The notes under the pieces: model-generated
What the model saw: the letters and a program-made list of their open reading frames with translations, nothing else
The model's database searches: none
Told to the model about the DNA's origin: nothing
In this document: positions 28,393 to 38,539 of the stretch, one piece after another
Numbering within the stretch: the stretch's first letter is position 1
Layout of the letters: every line of letters starts with the position of its first letter
Translations under genes and position numbers: made by a program
Source: Candidatus Zixiibacteriota bacterium
Lineage (GTDB): Bacteria; Zixibacteria; MSB-5A5; GN15; JACZUZ01
Direction of reading: 5' to 3'
Assembly (NCBI GenBank): GCA_024280835.1
Contig: JAJRPJ010000006.1
Span: 358,098 to 422,097, forward strand
Length of the DNA: 64,000 bases

Positions 28393-29391
28393 ATGAAAAA
28401 AAGTATTCGCGCATATATATTGCCCTTGGCCTTTTTGTTATTCTTCTTGGCTGTGGCGCCGCTGGGTTTTGTGGCTCTGGAGGAGATGAGCTATTTCGAT
28501 GGTCTCTATTTGACGATTATCACAATCTCAACTGTTGGTTTCAGCGAGGTCAAGCCTTTGCATGAGGCGGGTCGCTGGTATGTGATTTTAGTTATTGTCG
28601 TTGGGTTGGCTACAGTATCTTTCATTTTGAAGGCCTTTAGTGAATCAATAATAGAAGGTCAACTTCGAGCGGTCTTGGGGAAAAGAAAAATGGATGCGCG
28701 TTTACGTAAATTAGAAGGTCACACAATTGTCGCTGGCTATGGCCGTGTCGGACAAGAGGTTGTGCGTGAATTGCAAAAAGCCAAGAAAAACGCCCCCTTT
28801 GTGGTGATAGAATGCAATTCCGGGATCGCAGCCAAACTCACTGAGCGAAACATTTTGAATATTTGCGGTGATGTAACTGTCGATGAGACCCTGCGCCGAG
28901 CGGGCATCGAGACAGCTAAGAACCTTGTTTCGACCGTGCCCACAGATGCAGATAATGTCTATTTGACCTTGTCTGCTCGGCATTTGAATCCAGAAATCAA
29001 TATCACCGCTCGAGCCGATCAGCCCGAGGCCGAGCGGAAATTGGTGCGAGCGGGGGCCACTCATGTGGTCAGTCCGCATGCTCTCGGTGGAGCCAGAATG
29101 GCGCACCTTGCAATTCGGCCCAATCTAGTACATTTTGTACGTTCGATAGCTGAAGGCGAAGCTGACTTCAGTGTTGAGGAGACGATTGTCTCCGAAAGTT
29201 CAGCATTGGTAGGAAAAACGCTCATTGAGCTAAATCTACCAGCGCTAAAAAATGTCTCGGTGGTTGGAATCAAGAAACCCCAAGCGGGACTGATTTTGAG
29301 CCCGAAGGGTGACACAATAATCGAACAGGGCGATATACTATTGATGGTGGGCGAAGAAGTGGCGCTGATGCGTTTTGCCGAAACCAGTTAA
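28393..29391 (+). CDS. two-TM potassium-channel-type protein with TrkA-N/TrkA-C (RCK) domains
   Basis: Pore helix plus filter-like TISTVGFSE. RCK Rossmann motif IVAGYGRVGQEV. C-terminal TrkA-C-like fold. Confidence 0.78.
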   Translation: MKKSIRAYILPLAFLLFFLAVAPLGFVALEEMSYFDGLYLTIITISTVGFSEVKPLHEAGRWYVILVIVVGLATVSFILKAFSESIIEGQLRAVLGKRKMDARLRKLEGHTIVAGYGRVGQEVVRELQKAKKNAPFVVIECNSGIAAKLTERNILNICGDVTVDETLRRAGIETAKNLVSTVPTDADNVYLTLSARHLNPEINITARADQPEAERKLVRAGATHVVSPHALGGARMAHLAIRPNLVHFVRSIAEGEADFSVEETIVSESSALVGKTLIELNLPALKNVSVVGIKKPQAGLILSPKGDTIIEQGDILLMVGEEVALMRFAETS

Positions 29392-29550
29392 ATGAGAAAA
29401 ATACAATAAGAACAACGCAGCTAACAAAAACACTAAGCGAGAACATCTCAAAAAGAATATTTCGAAGAAAATATTGTGAAAAGAATATCTTTTAAAGTAT
29501 TGTGAGTAAACTGATTCGCTTAGGAACCCTACAAGAAGATTAAAAAAGAC

Positions 29551-31536
29551 ATGGCAAAAGCAAAAGACAGATTCATCCTTTGGGGCATCTTAGTCGCCCT
29601 AGTCGCTGGTGTATTTATCGGCTGGTATTTCCCTGAAGCGGCGCAAAACCTTTCGTTCCTAGGGTCGTTATTCTTCAACGCTCTGTACCTGATTATTGTC
29701 CCGTTGATTGTTGCCAGTATGGTTGTTGGTATCACAGCGCTAGGCGATGTACGCAAGCTCGGACGCACTGCGCGATTGGCCATCTTGTATTTCATGGGTA
29801 CCAGCGCGGTAGCGGTCATCATTGGAATCATTCTTGCAGTTACCATTCAGCCAGGTATTACAGGAGACGCTTTACCTATAGTTACGGGCGGCTCTGGTTT
29901 TGATTTGTATGATATGTTTTCAAAAATCGGCGGAGCATTAGCACATACTCTCAATGAAATGATTCCCCGCAATATCATCGCCGCTGCCGCCGAAACAAAA
30001 GTTTTGGCGTTGATTGTTTTCTCGTTGTTTTTTGGAGGAATCCTGTCGGGCATGGGGACACGCGCAAAACCAGTCATCGAATTCTTTGGAATTGTTAATG
30101 ATGCAATCATGAAACTTGTGCATCTTGTGATGTATTTGGCTCCACTAGGTGTGCTTGGCATTGTCGCTTCAAAAGTTGGTGAGAAAGCAGGTGACCTAGC
30201 TGGCTCGGCTGTGAGTATTGGCATGTTCTCGATTGTCGTGATAATAGGCTTGTTGATTCATGGAGTACTGCTAACTGTAGTTTTGAAATACATGACTGAT
30301 AGAAACCCATGGACATATTTGCTGAATATGGGGCAAGCGCTTTCAACGGCTGTCGGTGTTTCCTCATCATCGGCAACATTGCCGGTGACGATGGAATGTG
30401 TCGTCGAAAAAAACAAAGTTGATCAACGCGCCGCTTCGTTTGTTTTGCCGTTAGGTACAACCATCAATATGGATGGCACAGCGATGTATCAGGCCATCTC
30501 AACGATCTTTATCTGTCAGCTCTTTGGGATAGAACTTGGTGTTAGTCAGTATGTGATAATGTTCATCACCGCGATCTTGGCTTCAGTTGGAGCGCCTGGA
30601 TTGCCGCAAGCTGGAATTGTGATGATGACGATGGTGATGGGTTCAGTGGGTGTGCCACCTGAGATTATCGCCCAAGGTATCGGAATAATATTGGTGGTTG
30701 ATTGGGCTCTCGACAGAGGTCGTACAGCTCTAAATGTCTACGGTGATGCAGTTGGCGCAGCGGTGATTGCCAATACTTTTGAATTCAAAACAGGCGCCTC
30801 TCAACGTCGCACTCCAGCCAAACGTGACGAGAGTCGTGGTCGCTCATCGGAACGTTCATCTTCTGGAAGCTCAGATAGATCGTCCCGCAAAGGCGGGCGC
30901 AATGATAGAAACGATAGGAATGATAGAAGCTCACGCCGCAAATCAAGATCATCTGAGTATGTCGAACGTCCTTCTCCAGAAAGTTTTGGTGGAGCGTCAG
31001 TCGGCTGGGGACCTAGTTCGGAAAGTGACTCGACTCCGAAGACAAAGGCGCCGCAAAAACGAGAGAGGGTCAGTCAAAGAACTCCCTTGACTGAGGCCGA
31101 AATTGCCAGTGATCGTGAGTTGTTTGCAACTATGATCAAAGCGCCTGTTTTCGATTTGTCAAATTTTGAAGAGACAACTGAAGAGTCCATTGAAGCGCCA
31201 ACTGAAGTGCCCAAGGCCGAGATTGAGGTTAGCGGAGAGTCTTCGATAGTAGAGCCAATTGTAGAGTCAATTGAAGCGCCAGAAGAGTCAGTTCAAGAAT
31301 CGACTGAAGAATCGACTGAAGAGTTAGTTGATACACCAGAGCCAGTTGAAGAATCTACTGAGGTGCCTGAGTCTGTGTTCTCTGAGGACAATGATGATGA
31401 CTTGGCGCCAGAAGGCTCCAGTTATAGTGACGATGAAGATGTAGCAGCTGACGAGCCACCTAGTCCATCAGATCCTGATTCGGATTCTCCACCCGATGAA
31501 CCTGCTCGCTTTGGACGATCACAGCGCCGTGGCTAA
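29551..31536 (+). CDS. dicarboxylate/amino acid:cation symporter (DAACS family) with ~250-aa low-complexity C-terminal tail
   Basis: Core with the SSSATLP motif and GDAVGAAVI. The tail starts near 30790: an Arg/Ser/Asp-rich block, then a Glu/Ser/Pro-rich block. Confidence 0.85.
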   Translation: MAKAKDRFILWGILVALVAGVFIGWYFPEAAQNLSFLGSLFFNALYLIIVPLIVASMVVGITALGDVRKLGRTARLAILYFMGTSAVAVIIGIILAVTIQPGITGDALPIVTGGSGFDLYDMFSKIGGALAHTLNEMIPRNIIAAAAETKVLALIVFSLFFGGILSGMGTRAKPVIEFFGIVNDAIMKLVHLVMYLAPLGVLGIVASKVGEKAGDLAGSAVSIGMFSIVVIIGLLIHGVLLTVVLKYMTDRNPWTYLLNMGQALSTAVGVSSSSATLPVTMECVVEKNKVDQRAASFVLPLGTTINMDGTAMYQAISTIFICQLFGIELGVSQYVIMFITAILASVGAPGLPQAGIVMMTMVMGSVGVPPEIIAQGIGIILVVDWALDRGRTALNVYGDAVGAAVIANTFEFKTGASQRRTPAKRDESRGRSSERSSSGSSDRSSRKGGRNDRNDRNDRSSRRKSRSSEYVERPSPESFGGASVGWGPSSESDSTPKTKAPQKRERVSQRTPLTEAEIASDRELFATMIKAPVFDLSNFEETTEESIEAPTEVPKAEIEVSGESSIVEPIVESIEAPEESVQESTEESTEELVDTPEPVEESTEVPESVFSEDNDDDLAPEGSSYSDDEDVAADEPPSPSDPDSDSPPDEPARFGRSQRRG

Positions 31537-31579
31537 TGCGTAAAACAAATAGAGGTTTGCTTAACCTGAATAGAGCGCA

Positions 31580-32458
31580 GTGAATAGTCTGAGATTATAT
31601 ATATTGTTCGCCGTCCTGTTAGTATTGCTAGTAATTCCAGGCTGGGTTCTAGCTGGACTTTATGGACTGGCTCTCGGAGCGGCGATGGCGCTTCTTTCGT
31701 TTGTCTTACTATATTATAGTGCGGATGCGTCCATTATGGCAAAGTTTGACGCGCACAAAATCACCGACACCTCATCATGGATTTACAAACTCGTTGAAGA
31801 CATCGCCAAAAAAGCGAGGCTCGAATCTACGCCCGAAGTGTACTTGGTACCAGTCAAAGCCCCGAATTCATTTATTGTGGGGCGAAATTCTAAGCGCGCT
31901 CAACTTGGTCTAACTGAAGGTCTCCTCGAAACTCTAACCAAGCGAGAACTCGAAGGTGTCGTGGGGCATGAGATGGCCCATATTCGTGACTGCGACGCCA
32001 AACTAGGCGGAATTGTCACTGGCCTGATAAGCGCATTGTGGAATCTGGCCCCAGAAGGCCGGAGACGTTCTGGCTATCATTCCGCACAATCGCGCGAGAC
32101 AGATTCCAAATGGCAGAATGGATTTTTTCGCTCTGTCTTGTCGATTCTGACAACCCCTCTGGCGGCGGCATTTGTGCAATTACTGATTCCGCGCAACCGC
32201 GAATTTCTCGCTGATAGACGGGGGGCGACATTCACCAATCGCTTTTCAGAATTAGCCTCGGCTCTAAGAAAAATTCAAAGTTCAACCGAGCGCATCGCCA
32301 GCGATAATCATCCTCACTTAGCCCACCTCCTAATTTATAGCAGTTTTCATCGCCCGCTTTATTCGGCGCTGTTTGGCTCACATCCACCTGTAGCCGAGCG
32401 TGTGGCGCAACTTGAGAAATTAGCGTTAACAGGTGGTGGGGTCGAAGGAGTCTATTGA
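31580..32458 (+). CDS. htpX: M48-family zinc metalloprotease HtpX-like
   Basis: Two N-terminal TM segments, HEMAHIRDCD (HExxH), and C-terminal GSHPPVAERV. GTG start. Confidence 0.8.
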   Translation: MNSLRLYILFAVLLVLLVIPGWVLAGLYGLALGAAMALLSFVLLYYSADASIMAKFDAHKITDTSSWIYKLVEDIAKKARLESTPEVYLVPVKAPNSFIVGRNSKRAQLGLTEGLLETLTKRELEGVVGHEMAHIRDCDAKLGGIVTGLISALWNLAPEGRRRSGYHSAQSRETDSKWQNGFFRSVLSILTTPLAAAFVQLLIPRNREFLADRRGATFTNRFSELASALRKIQSSTERIASDNHPHLAHLLIYSSFHRPLYSALFGSHPPVAERVAQLEKLALTGGGVEGVY

Positions 32459-32688
32459 CCTTCTCAGCTCTTCCAATTTGCCCGACTGGGCGCTATATTC
32501 AATTAACAGCGAAAGTCGCCTAGAGTTTTTCAACTCTAGCTCGCTAGTCGCCGTTGTAAATACCATGAATGACGAGCCTCCTCAAAAACGATCTTTCACA
32601 ACTCCGCTAGTCGGGGCTAGCGCAATTGATATCAATGATATGGACGGCGCTATTGCTGCAATCTGGCGTCAAAGCGCAAAGGACACCC

Positions 32689-34038
32689 ATGTCTGAGGTC
32701 GCGCTCGAAATCGGTGTCATCATCCTACTTATCCTAGCCAATGGTTTCTTCTCTATGGCGGAGTTGTCTTTAATCTCAGCGCGACGTTCGCGTTTGATGG
32801 AATTAGCCGATGATGGTGTAGAATCCGCCAAACGCGCCTTAGAATTGATTCAAAAGCCTGAGCAATTTCTGGCGGCGGTTCAAGTTGGGATAACTTTTGT
32901 TGGCACTCTGGCTGCAGTTTTCGGCGGCGCCACGATTGTCGATATACTACGACCGCAAATTGCCGAGATTCCAATTGAGTTCATCGCCGAACAAGCCCGC
33001 AGTATTGCCGTGGTTTTGGTGGTAGTGATAATTTCTCTGTTGGCGCTGATTCTTGGAGAACTGGCGCCAAAATATATTGCGCTGTCCTATGCTGAGAGCT
33101 TGGCGCTCAAAGTCTCACGACCGATTTCTTTGATGGCCAATGCCTTCAAATACATATTCCCAATTGTCACTGGTCCAGCAAAACTCGTCGCGCGTATCTT
33201 TGGTGTCAGTAAAATCACGCGTGGTAGCCCAGTGACAGGAATGGATGTTCAATTGTTGGTCGCCGAGGGACGCAAAAGCGGACTTTTTGACGCCGCTGAA
33301 CAGGAACTAGTGCGCTCTGCTTTGGATTTCGCTGATACTACCGCACGGGAAGCCATGACCCATCGGGCAGATATTATCGGTTTTAGCAGTGAGACTTCTA
33401 TCGATGCTATGCTGGACACGATGCTTGAAGAGGGTTATTCGCGTTATCCTGTCTATCAGGAGTCAATCGACAAAATTATCGGCATGGTGATGTTCAAGAA
33501 TGTTGTTAGTAAGCAACGCGAAAGACAACGAGACAATGAAGAGGTGCGCCTCAACGACGTCATGTTGCCTGCTATGTTTATTCCCGATTCAATGGAGTTA
33601 GCGGAATTACTCAAAAAAATGCAAAGAAAACGTCAGCACATGGCGGTTTGTTTGGATGAATTCGGCGGCACGGCGGGGATTATCACTATGGAAGATATTC
33701 TCGAAGAAATCGTCGGCGAGATTCAAGACGAAACCGACGATGAAATACCAGAGTTCAGCGCCAAAAATGATAGAGTGGCATTTATTTCTGGGACACTGCG
33801 TCCAGATCAACTAAATGAGCAATTTGGGTCTCACCTTGATGAAGACAAATCCACGACAGTCGCGGGAATGGCGGTCAGCGTCAAAGGCGCAATCCCTGAA
33901 AAACAAGAGCGCATCGCATTTGATGATGTCATAATTACAATTCTCGAACTCAAGGGCAATCGCATTATGCGCATGAAAGTGGAGAAAGTTGCGCCCTCTG
34001 AAACAGTGGAACCCAAAGAAGTGAATCCAGAAGAGTAG
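32689..34038 (+). CDS. CNNM/TlyC-family protein (DUF21 + CBS pair + CorC_HlyC)
   Basis: N-terminal ANGFFSMAELSLISARRSRL DUF21 block, CBS region, and C-terminal transporter-associated domain. ATG 32689 is preferred over the track start at 32626. Confidence 0.85.
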   Translation: MSEVALEIGVIILLILANGFFSMAELSLISARRSRLMELADDGVESAKRALELIQKPEQFLAAVQVGITFVGTLAAVFGGATIVDILRPQIAEIPIEFIAEQARSIAVVLVVVIISLLALILGELAPKYIALSYAESLALKVSRPISLMANAFKYIFPIVTGPAKLVARIFGVSKITRGSPVTGMDVQLLVAEGRKSGLFDAAEQELVRSALDFADTTAREAMTHRADIIGFSSETSIDAMLDTMLEEGYSRYPVYQESIDKIIGMVMFKNVVSKQRERQRDNEEVRLNDVMLPAMFIPDSMELAELLKKMQRKRQHMAVCLDEFGGTAGIITMEDILEEIVGEIQDETDDEIPEFSAKNDRVAFISGTLRPDQLNEQFGSHLDEDKSTTVAGMAVSVKGAIPEKQERIAFDDVIITILELKGNRIMRMKVEKVAPSETVEPKEVNPEE

Positions 34039-34129
34039 CTAGCTTTTCAAATAGGCTAGCTCCTAAATAAGACTCCCAATTGATGACCAACTATTGGCGC
34101 CAGAGCCCTCTTTGCCGTATTATGCGCCG

Positions 34130-34807
34130 ATGAACGACAAACTCCGCTCAATATTTATGTGGCCGCTAAATTTGATGCGGAGCTTATACGACTGGACAAT
34201 GAGTTGGGCCGATAGTCGTCATGCGTTAATTGCGCTTGGGACTTTGGCTTTTGTCGAAAGCTCGTTCTTCCCAGTTCCACCAGATGCGCTACTGATTGCC
34301 CTGTGTTTGGGAGCTTACCGCCGTTGGGCAAAATTCGCATTGGTGACCTCGGTTTGCTCGGTCTTGGGTGGCATGGCTGGTTATGGGATCGGTTATTTTG
34401 CCTTTGACACTATCGGCAAACCAATTATGGATGCGATCGCAGGTTTAAGCGGCAAAGACACCGAGTTTCTAATTTCTCAGGCACAGTTTTGGTTCAATGA
34501 AAAAGAGATGTTCGGAATGAAAATCGGCCCTTGGGCGGTTGGCGCCGCTGGTTTCACTCCGATTCCATACAAGGTTTTCACAATCTCCGCTGGCTTTTTT
34601 CACATGGACTTCTTGGTTTTTGTCATCGCCTCGGCTTTGAGTCGTTCATTGCGCTTTTTTCTTGTAGCCGGAACAATTGGTTTATTGTACAAGAGATATG
34701 GCGATAGTATCAAAGTCTTTATCGATAGATATTTCAATCTCCTGGCAGTTTTGTTTTTAGTTTTACTTATCGGTGGCGTTCTGGTGATTCGCCTCTTAAC
34801 ACATTGA
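34130..34807 (+). CDS. YqaA/DedA-related (SNARE-associated) membrane protein
   Basis: ALIALGTLAFVESSFFPVPPDALLIAL block typical of YqaA. Confidence 0.75.
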   Translation: MNDKLRSIFMWPLNLMRSLYDWTMSWADSRHALIALGTLAFVESSFFPVPPDALLIALCLGAYRRWAKFALVTSVCSVLGGMAGYGIGYFAFDTIGKPIMDAIAGLSGKDTEFLISQAQFWFNEKEMFGMKIGPWAVGAAGFTPIPYKVFTISAGFFHMDFLVFVIASALSRSLRFFLVAGTIGLLYKRYGDSIKVFIDRYFNLLAVLFLVLLIGGVLVIRLLTH

Positions 34808-34856
34808 GTAGTCACAATCATCTACCAAAAAACTCTTTAGATTATCAAATAGACTC

Positions 34857-35330
34857 ATGAACAACACATTCAAAATAAACAAAAGCTGGCTGGCTTCACT
34901 CTGGGCTACTTTATTGATTGCTTCGACGATAGTGAGTTGCGGTTCGCCCCAACAAATGCAACAAGTCTCAGATGCTGAGTTCAATTTTTCAGAACGCAAA
35001 ACCTATGCTCTAACTGGTGGTGACACTGACGAAGCTGGACTTTCTGGATTTCAACGTGACTCATTTCGCACATTTTTTGATAGCGCCGTCAATGAACTCT
35101 TGTCCAAGCGTGGCTTGAGTGAGTTCGGCGAAAACGGTACAGACAGCGCAGACTACATAATTCGCTACATACTCCGCGACAGACTAATCATTACCGTGCT
35201 AGAACCCGAGTCGAAACGATTGATTTGGCGCGGCCAAAGCGACACAGGATTATCGGGGGCAACGTTGTCATTGTCTGCTGTTACTGCCTTGGTTGAGCAG
35301 GCCATCAACGGATTCCCGCCGAACAATTGA
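34857..35330 (+). CDS. hypothetical lipoprotein (DUF4136-like size and pattern)
   Basis: Lipobox TIVSCG. The family assignment is tentative. Confidence 0.5.
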   Translation: MNNTFKINKSWLASLWATLLIASTIVSCGSPQQMQQVSDAEFNFSERKTYALTGGDTDEAGLSGFQRDSFRTFFDSAVNELLSKRGLSEFGENGTDSADYIIRYILRDRLIITVLEPESKRLIWRGQSDTGLSGATLSLSAVTALVEQAINGFPPNN

Positions 35331-35343
35331 GGTAAATGGATAG

Positions 35344-36300
35344 ATGGCTCACTTCCATTCTGATGGACATTCGCATTCGCACTCTCATCCAGTCCCGAGT
35401 GACTCCAAGACTCTTGGTTGGACAATTGCCTTCAATATTGTCATCACCGCAGCAGAGTTTATCGCCGGCGCGCTGACAGGTGTTTTGGCTTTAGTCGCCG
35501 ATGCGACACACAACCTCTCTGATGTCGCAGGATTGGTTTTGGCCTATGTCGGCGAAAAGTCATCCGAGGCCCCAGCAAACAAGATAGCAACCTACGGCCG
35601 TCGACGGATAGAGGTTTTCACCGCTCTGATTTCAGCTATTTCGCTAGTGTTAATCGCGGTCTATATCATCTATGAGGCCTATTGGAGATTTGTCGATCCC
35701 CAGATAGTTTCAAATTACCTGCTGTTTTTCATTGTCGCCACAATCGGACTTCTCGGAAATGTTGGATCGGTTTGGATGTTGCGCAAATCGAAAGTGGATT
35801 CGATAAACCGCAAAGCGGCGTTATTACATATGGTTTATGATGGGCTTTCGTCTGTTGCGGTCCTAGTTGGTGGGGTTGTGATGTACTTCACCGAGTGGAC
35901 ATTTGTAGATCCAATTCTATCGGTTCTTATCGCTGGGATGATAGTCTGGTCGTCGGTCGACGTTTTTCGATCTGCTTGGCGAGTGGTTATGGAGGTGGCG
36001 CCAGAGAATCTTGAGTTTGATAAGGTCATGGGAACACTGGAAAGACACTCGACCGTGATGAGCGCACATCATTTACATATTTGGTCACTGTCCTCAACCG
36101 AGACAGCTTTGTCGTGTCATGTGTGTGTCCACGCTGATAGTCTATCAGAAATCAATCAAATACTACGTGAGCTAAACGAGGCTTTGGCCAAAGAGTTCAA
36201 CATAACTCATGCGACTATTCAGATAGAAACAGAGTTGTGCAGTGAATCAAACGATATATGTGGTTCAAACTCGGTAGTTGACTCAACTGAACTCTCCTAA
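35344..36300 (+). CDS. cation diffusion facilitator (CzcD/ZitB-type) transporter
   Basis: His-rich N-terminus HFHSDGHSHSHSH, six TM segments with HNLSDV and HMVYDG motifs, and a C-terminal cytoplasmic domain. Confidence 0.85.
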   Translation: MAHFHSDGHSHSHSHPVPSDSKTLGWTIAFNIVITAAEFIAGALTGVLALVADATHNLSDVAGLVLAYVGEKSSEAPANKIATYGRRRIEVFTALISAISLVLIAVYIIYEAYWRFVDPQIVSNYLLFFIVATIGLLGNVGSVWMLRKSKVDSINRKAALLHMVYDGLSSVAVLVGGVVMYFTEWTFVDPILSVLIAGMIVWSSVDVFRSAWRVVMEVAPENLEFDKVMGTLERHSTVMSAHHLHIWSLSSTETALSCHVCVHADSLSEINQILRELNEALAKEFNITHATIQIETELCSESNDICGSNSVVDSTELS

Positions 36301-36334
36301 GGAAGACACCAACAATACACGGTCTCCAATCGCC

Positions 36335-37711
36335 ATGAACACATCCAAAGAAGCCACAGAATTTGAAATAGTCGATATCGGTCACGACGGCAAATCAATC
36401 GCCAGACCAATTGGTGATAACTCCAAAGTAGCGTTTCTAGATAGGGGCTTGCCAGGCGAGGTTGTCCTCGCAAAGATATACAAGCGCAGTCGGCGTTATG
36501 ACCGTGGGCGAGTTACAGAGATAGTAAAATTTTCGCCAGAGCGAGTTGAAGCCGACTGCCAGCATTTTTCGATTTGTGGTGGTTGTAGTTGGCGAGACTT
36601 AGGTTATGAGGCCCAAGTCAAATACAAGCGCAAGAGAATCATTGACTCGCTTGAGCGTCTGGGTGGTTTTGAGGATGTGAAGTTCAATGAGGTGATAACC
36701 GCTGAACGAACACTATTCTACCGCAACAAGATGGAGTTCTCTTTCAATGTCGAACCAGAAAAGCCTCATGGTTTTTCTTTGGGTTTGCATCATCAGGGAG
36801 AGTTTGCGAAAATCTTCGATGTCGAAGAATGTTTGCTTGAATCAGAACTTTCCAATCAAATACTGAGTTGGTTTCGCAATTACGTAATTGAAAATAAACT
36901 TACCGCCTATGACGTGACCAATCATACGGGCTATTTACGGTTTATCATGATCCGTGAGGGTAAACACACGGGTGAAATCATGGTTAATATCGTCACTACC
37001 ACCTCTGAATTCCCCGACAAAGCAAAGTTTGTCGCCGAGTTCACCAAAAAGTTTCCGCAAATAACTACGATTACCCATAATCGTAATGATCGTAAATCCA
37101 ATATCGCCTATGGCGACAGCGAAGAGATTCTCTTTGGTGATGGTTTCATTCATGAGAAAATTCTTGGAAGAATGTTCCGTATCTATGCTAACTCATTTAT
37201 GCAAACCAATAGCTATCAAGTCGAGGCGCTTTACAAATTGGCCTTGAAATCCGCTGAGTTTCGCAAAACAGACAGAGTCTTTGACTTATATTGCGGCGCA
37301 GGCACAATCGGTATTTGCGCCTCAGAGTTCGTCAAAGAGATTGTCGGAATCGAACTGGAAGAGTCTGCAATAATCGCCGCAAATGAGAACGCTGAGCTAA
37401 ATAGTGTCACTAATACAATGTTCTTAGAAGGCGGCGTGCGTGAAACTCTGCGCGAGAAAAAACAAGAACTCAAGTCAGCGGATATTATTCTAATCGACCC
37501 GCCGAGAGCTGGGATGCATCCGCGCGCTGTGTTTCATGCCGCTCAATTCGGCGCTAGGCGGATTGTCTATATCTCGTGCAGTCCTGGTTCTTTTGTGCGT
37601 GATGCGACACTTTTTCGCGACAATGGCTACCAATTGAAAGAAGTTACTCCAGTCGATATGTTTCCCCATACAACACATATCGAGCTAGTGGCTGTTTTTG
37701 ATCCCACTTGA
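36335..37711 (+). CDS. 23S rRNA (uracil-5-)-methyltransferase, RumA/RlmD family
   Basis: TRAM domain, Fe-S Cys cluster (CQHFSICGGCSWRDL), and the SAM-MTase motifs DLYCGAGTIG and DPPRAG. Confidence 0.85.
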   Translation: MNTSKEATEFEIVDIGHDGKSIARPIGDNSKVAFLDRGLPGEVVLAKIYKRSRRYDRGRVTEIVKFSPERVEADCQHFSICGGCSWRDLGYEAQVKYKRKRIIDSLERLGGFEDVKFNEVITAERTLFYRNKMEFSFNVEPEKPHGFSLGLHHQGEFAKIFDVEECLLESELSNQILSWFRNYVIENKLTAYDVTNHTGYLRFIMIREGKHTGEIMVNIVTTTSEFPDKAKFVAEFTKKFPQITTITHNRNDRKSNIAYGDSEEILFGDGFIHEKILGRMFRIYANSFMQTNSYQVEALYKLALKSAEFRKTDRVFDLYCGAGTIGICASEFVKEIVGIELEESAIIAANENAELNSVTNTMFLEGGVRETLREKKQELKSADIILIDPPRAGMHPRAVFHAAQFGARRIVYISCSPGSFVRDATLFRDNGYQLKEVTPVDMFPHTTHIELVAVFDPT

Positions 37712-37923
37712 TACTAGTTTGTTTCTTTTCCACCGTCAGATTCCATCACAAATACAAACTCGAATATACAAGATGTGGGTATAGAGGCGCCTTGACTCTA
37801 CAATCTGTCGAGTTATTGTTATTCCGAATCTAGTTTCCACTACCAATAGATATTTGCCGATAGGCATTGGGTTCTTGTATTAGGTCTTTGTCATGAAATC
37901 CGAATACTTTTCTTTTCGCGAAG

Positions 37924-38436
37924 ATGTCGTATATTAACGTCATGATGAAAGAAATTATCTGGGCTCCATGGCGATCGGGATTTATCAAAGGTAAGAAAGA
38001 GCCAGGGTGCGTATTTTGCCGTGTACAACGCAACAAAGATAAGCGCCAAGCGTTGATACTACTGAGCGCCAAACATAATTTTATTGTCATGAATAAGTAC
38101 CCATACACATCAGGACATTTACTGGTTGTTCCCAATCGGCATATCAATGCTCTTGAAAAAATGACCACTCCCGAAGCCAATGAGCATTTCAAATTGGTTC
38201 GTCGGGCGGCGGCAGTTTTGAAACGTAAATTGAAACCTGAAGGTCTCAATACGGGCATGAACCTTGGCCGCGTCGCTGGCGCGGGTGTCTTAAATCACCT
38301 GCACACGCATTTAGTGCCTCGTTGGCAAGGTGACAGCAATTTCTTACCGATTATCGGTGAGACACGCATGCAGTCGCTCGATTTGGAGCCGATGTATGAT
38401 GCGCTATACCGAGAGTTTTGTCGTAAAGCGAATTGA
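37924..38436 (+). CDS. HIT-family nucleotide hydrolase/transferase
   Basis: Histidine triad HLHTHLVPR and an N-terminal WAPWR block. The start could be the ATG at 37942. Confidence 0.85.
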   Translation: MSYINVMMKEIIWAPWRSGFIKGKKEPGCVFCRVQRNKDKRQALILLSAKHNFIVMNKYPYTSGHLLVVPNRHINALEKMTTPEANEHFKLVRRAAAVLKRKLKPEGLNTGMNLGRVAGAGVLNHLHTHLVPRWQGDSNFLPIIGETRMQSLDLEPMYDALYREFCRKAN

Positions 38437-38539
38437 AGCTTGATTATTCTGTTTGATTTCTTAGCGCTCAGTACAGTAAAGAAAACTCATTCGACAGTTA
38501 CCAACTGTTGCGAACAAATACGATTGGAAATAGCAGGCA

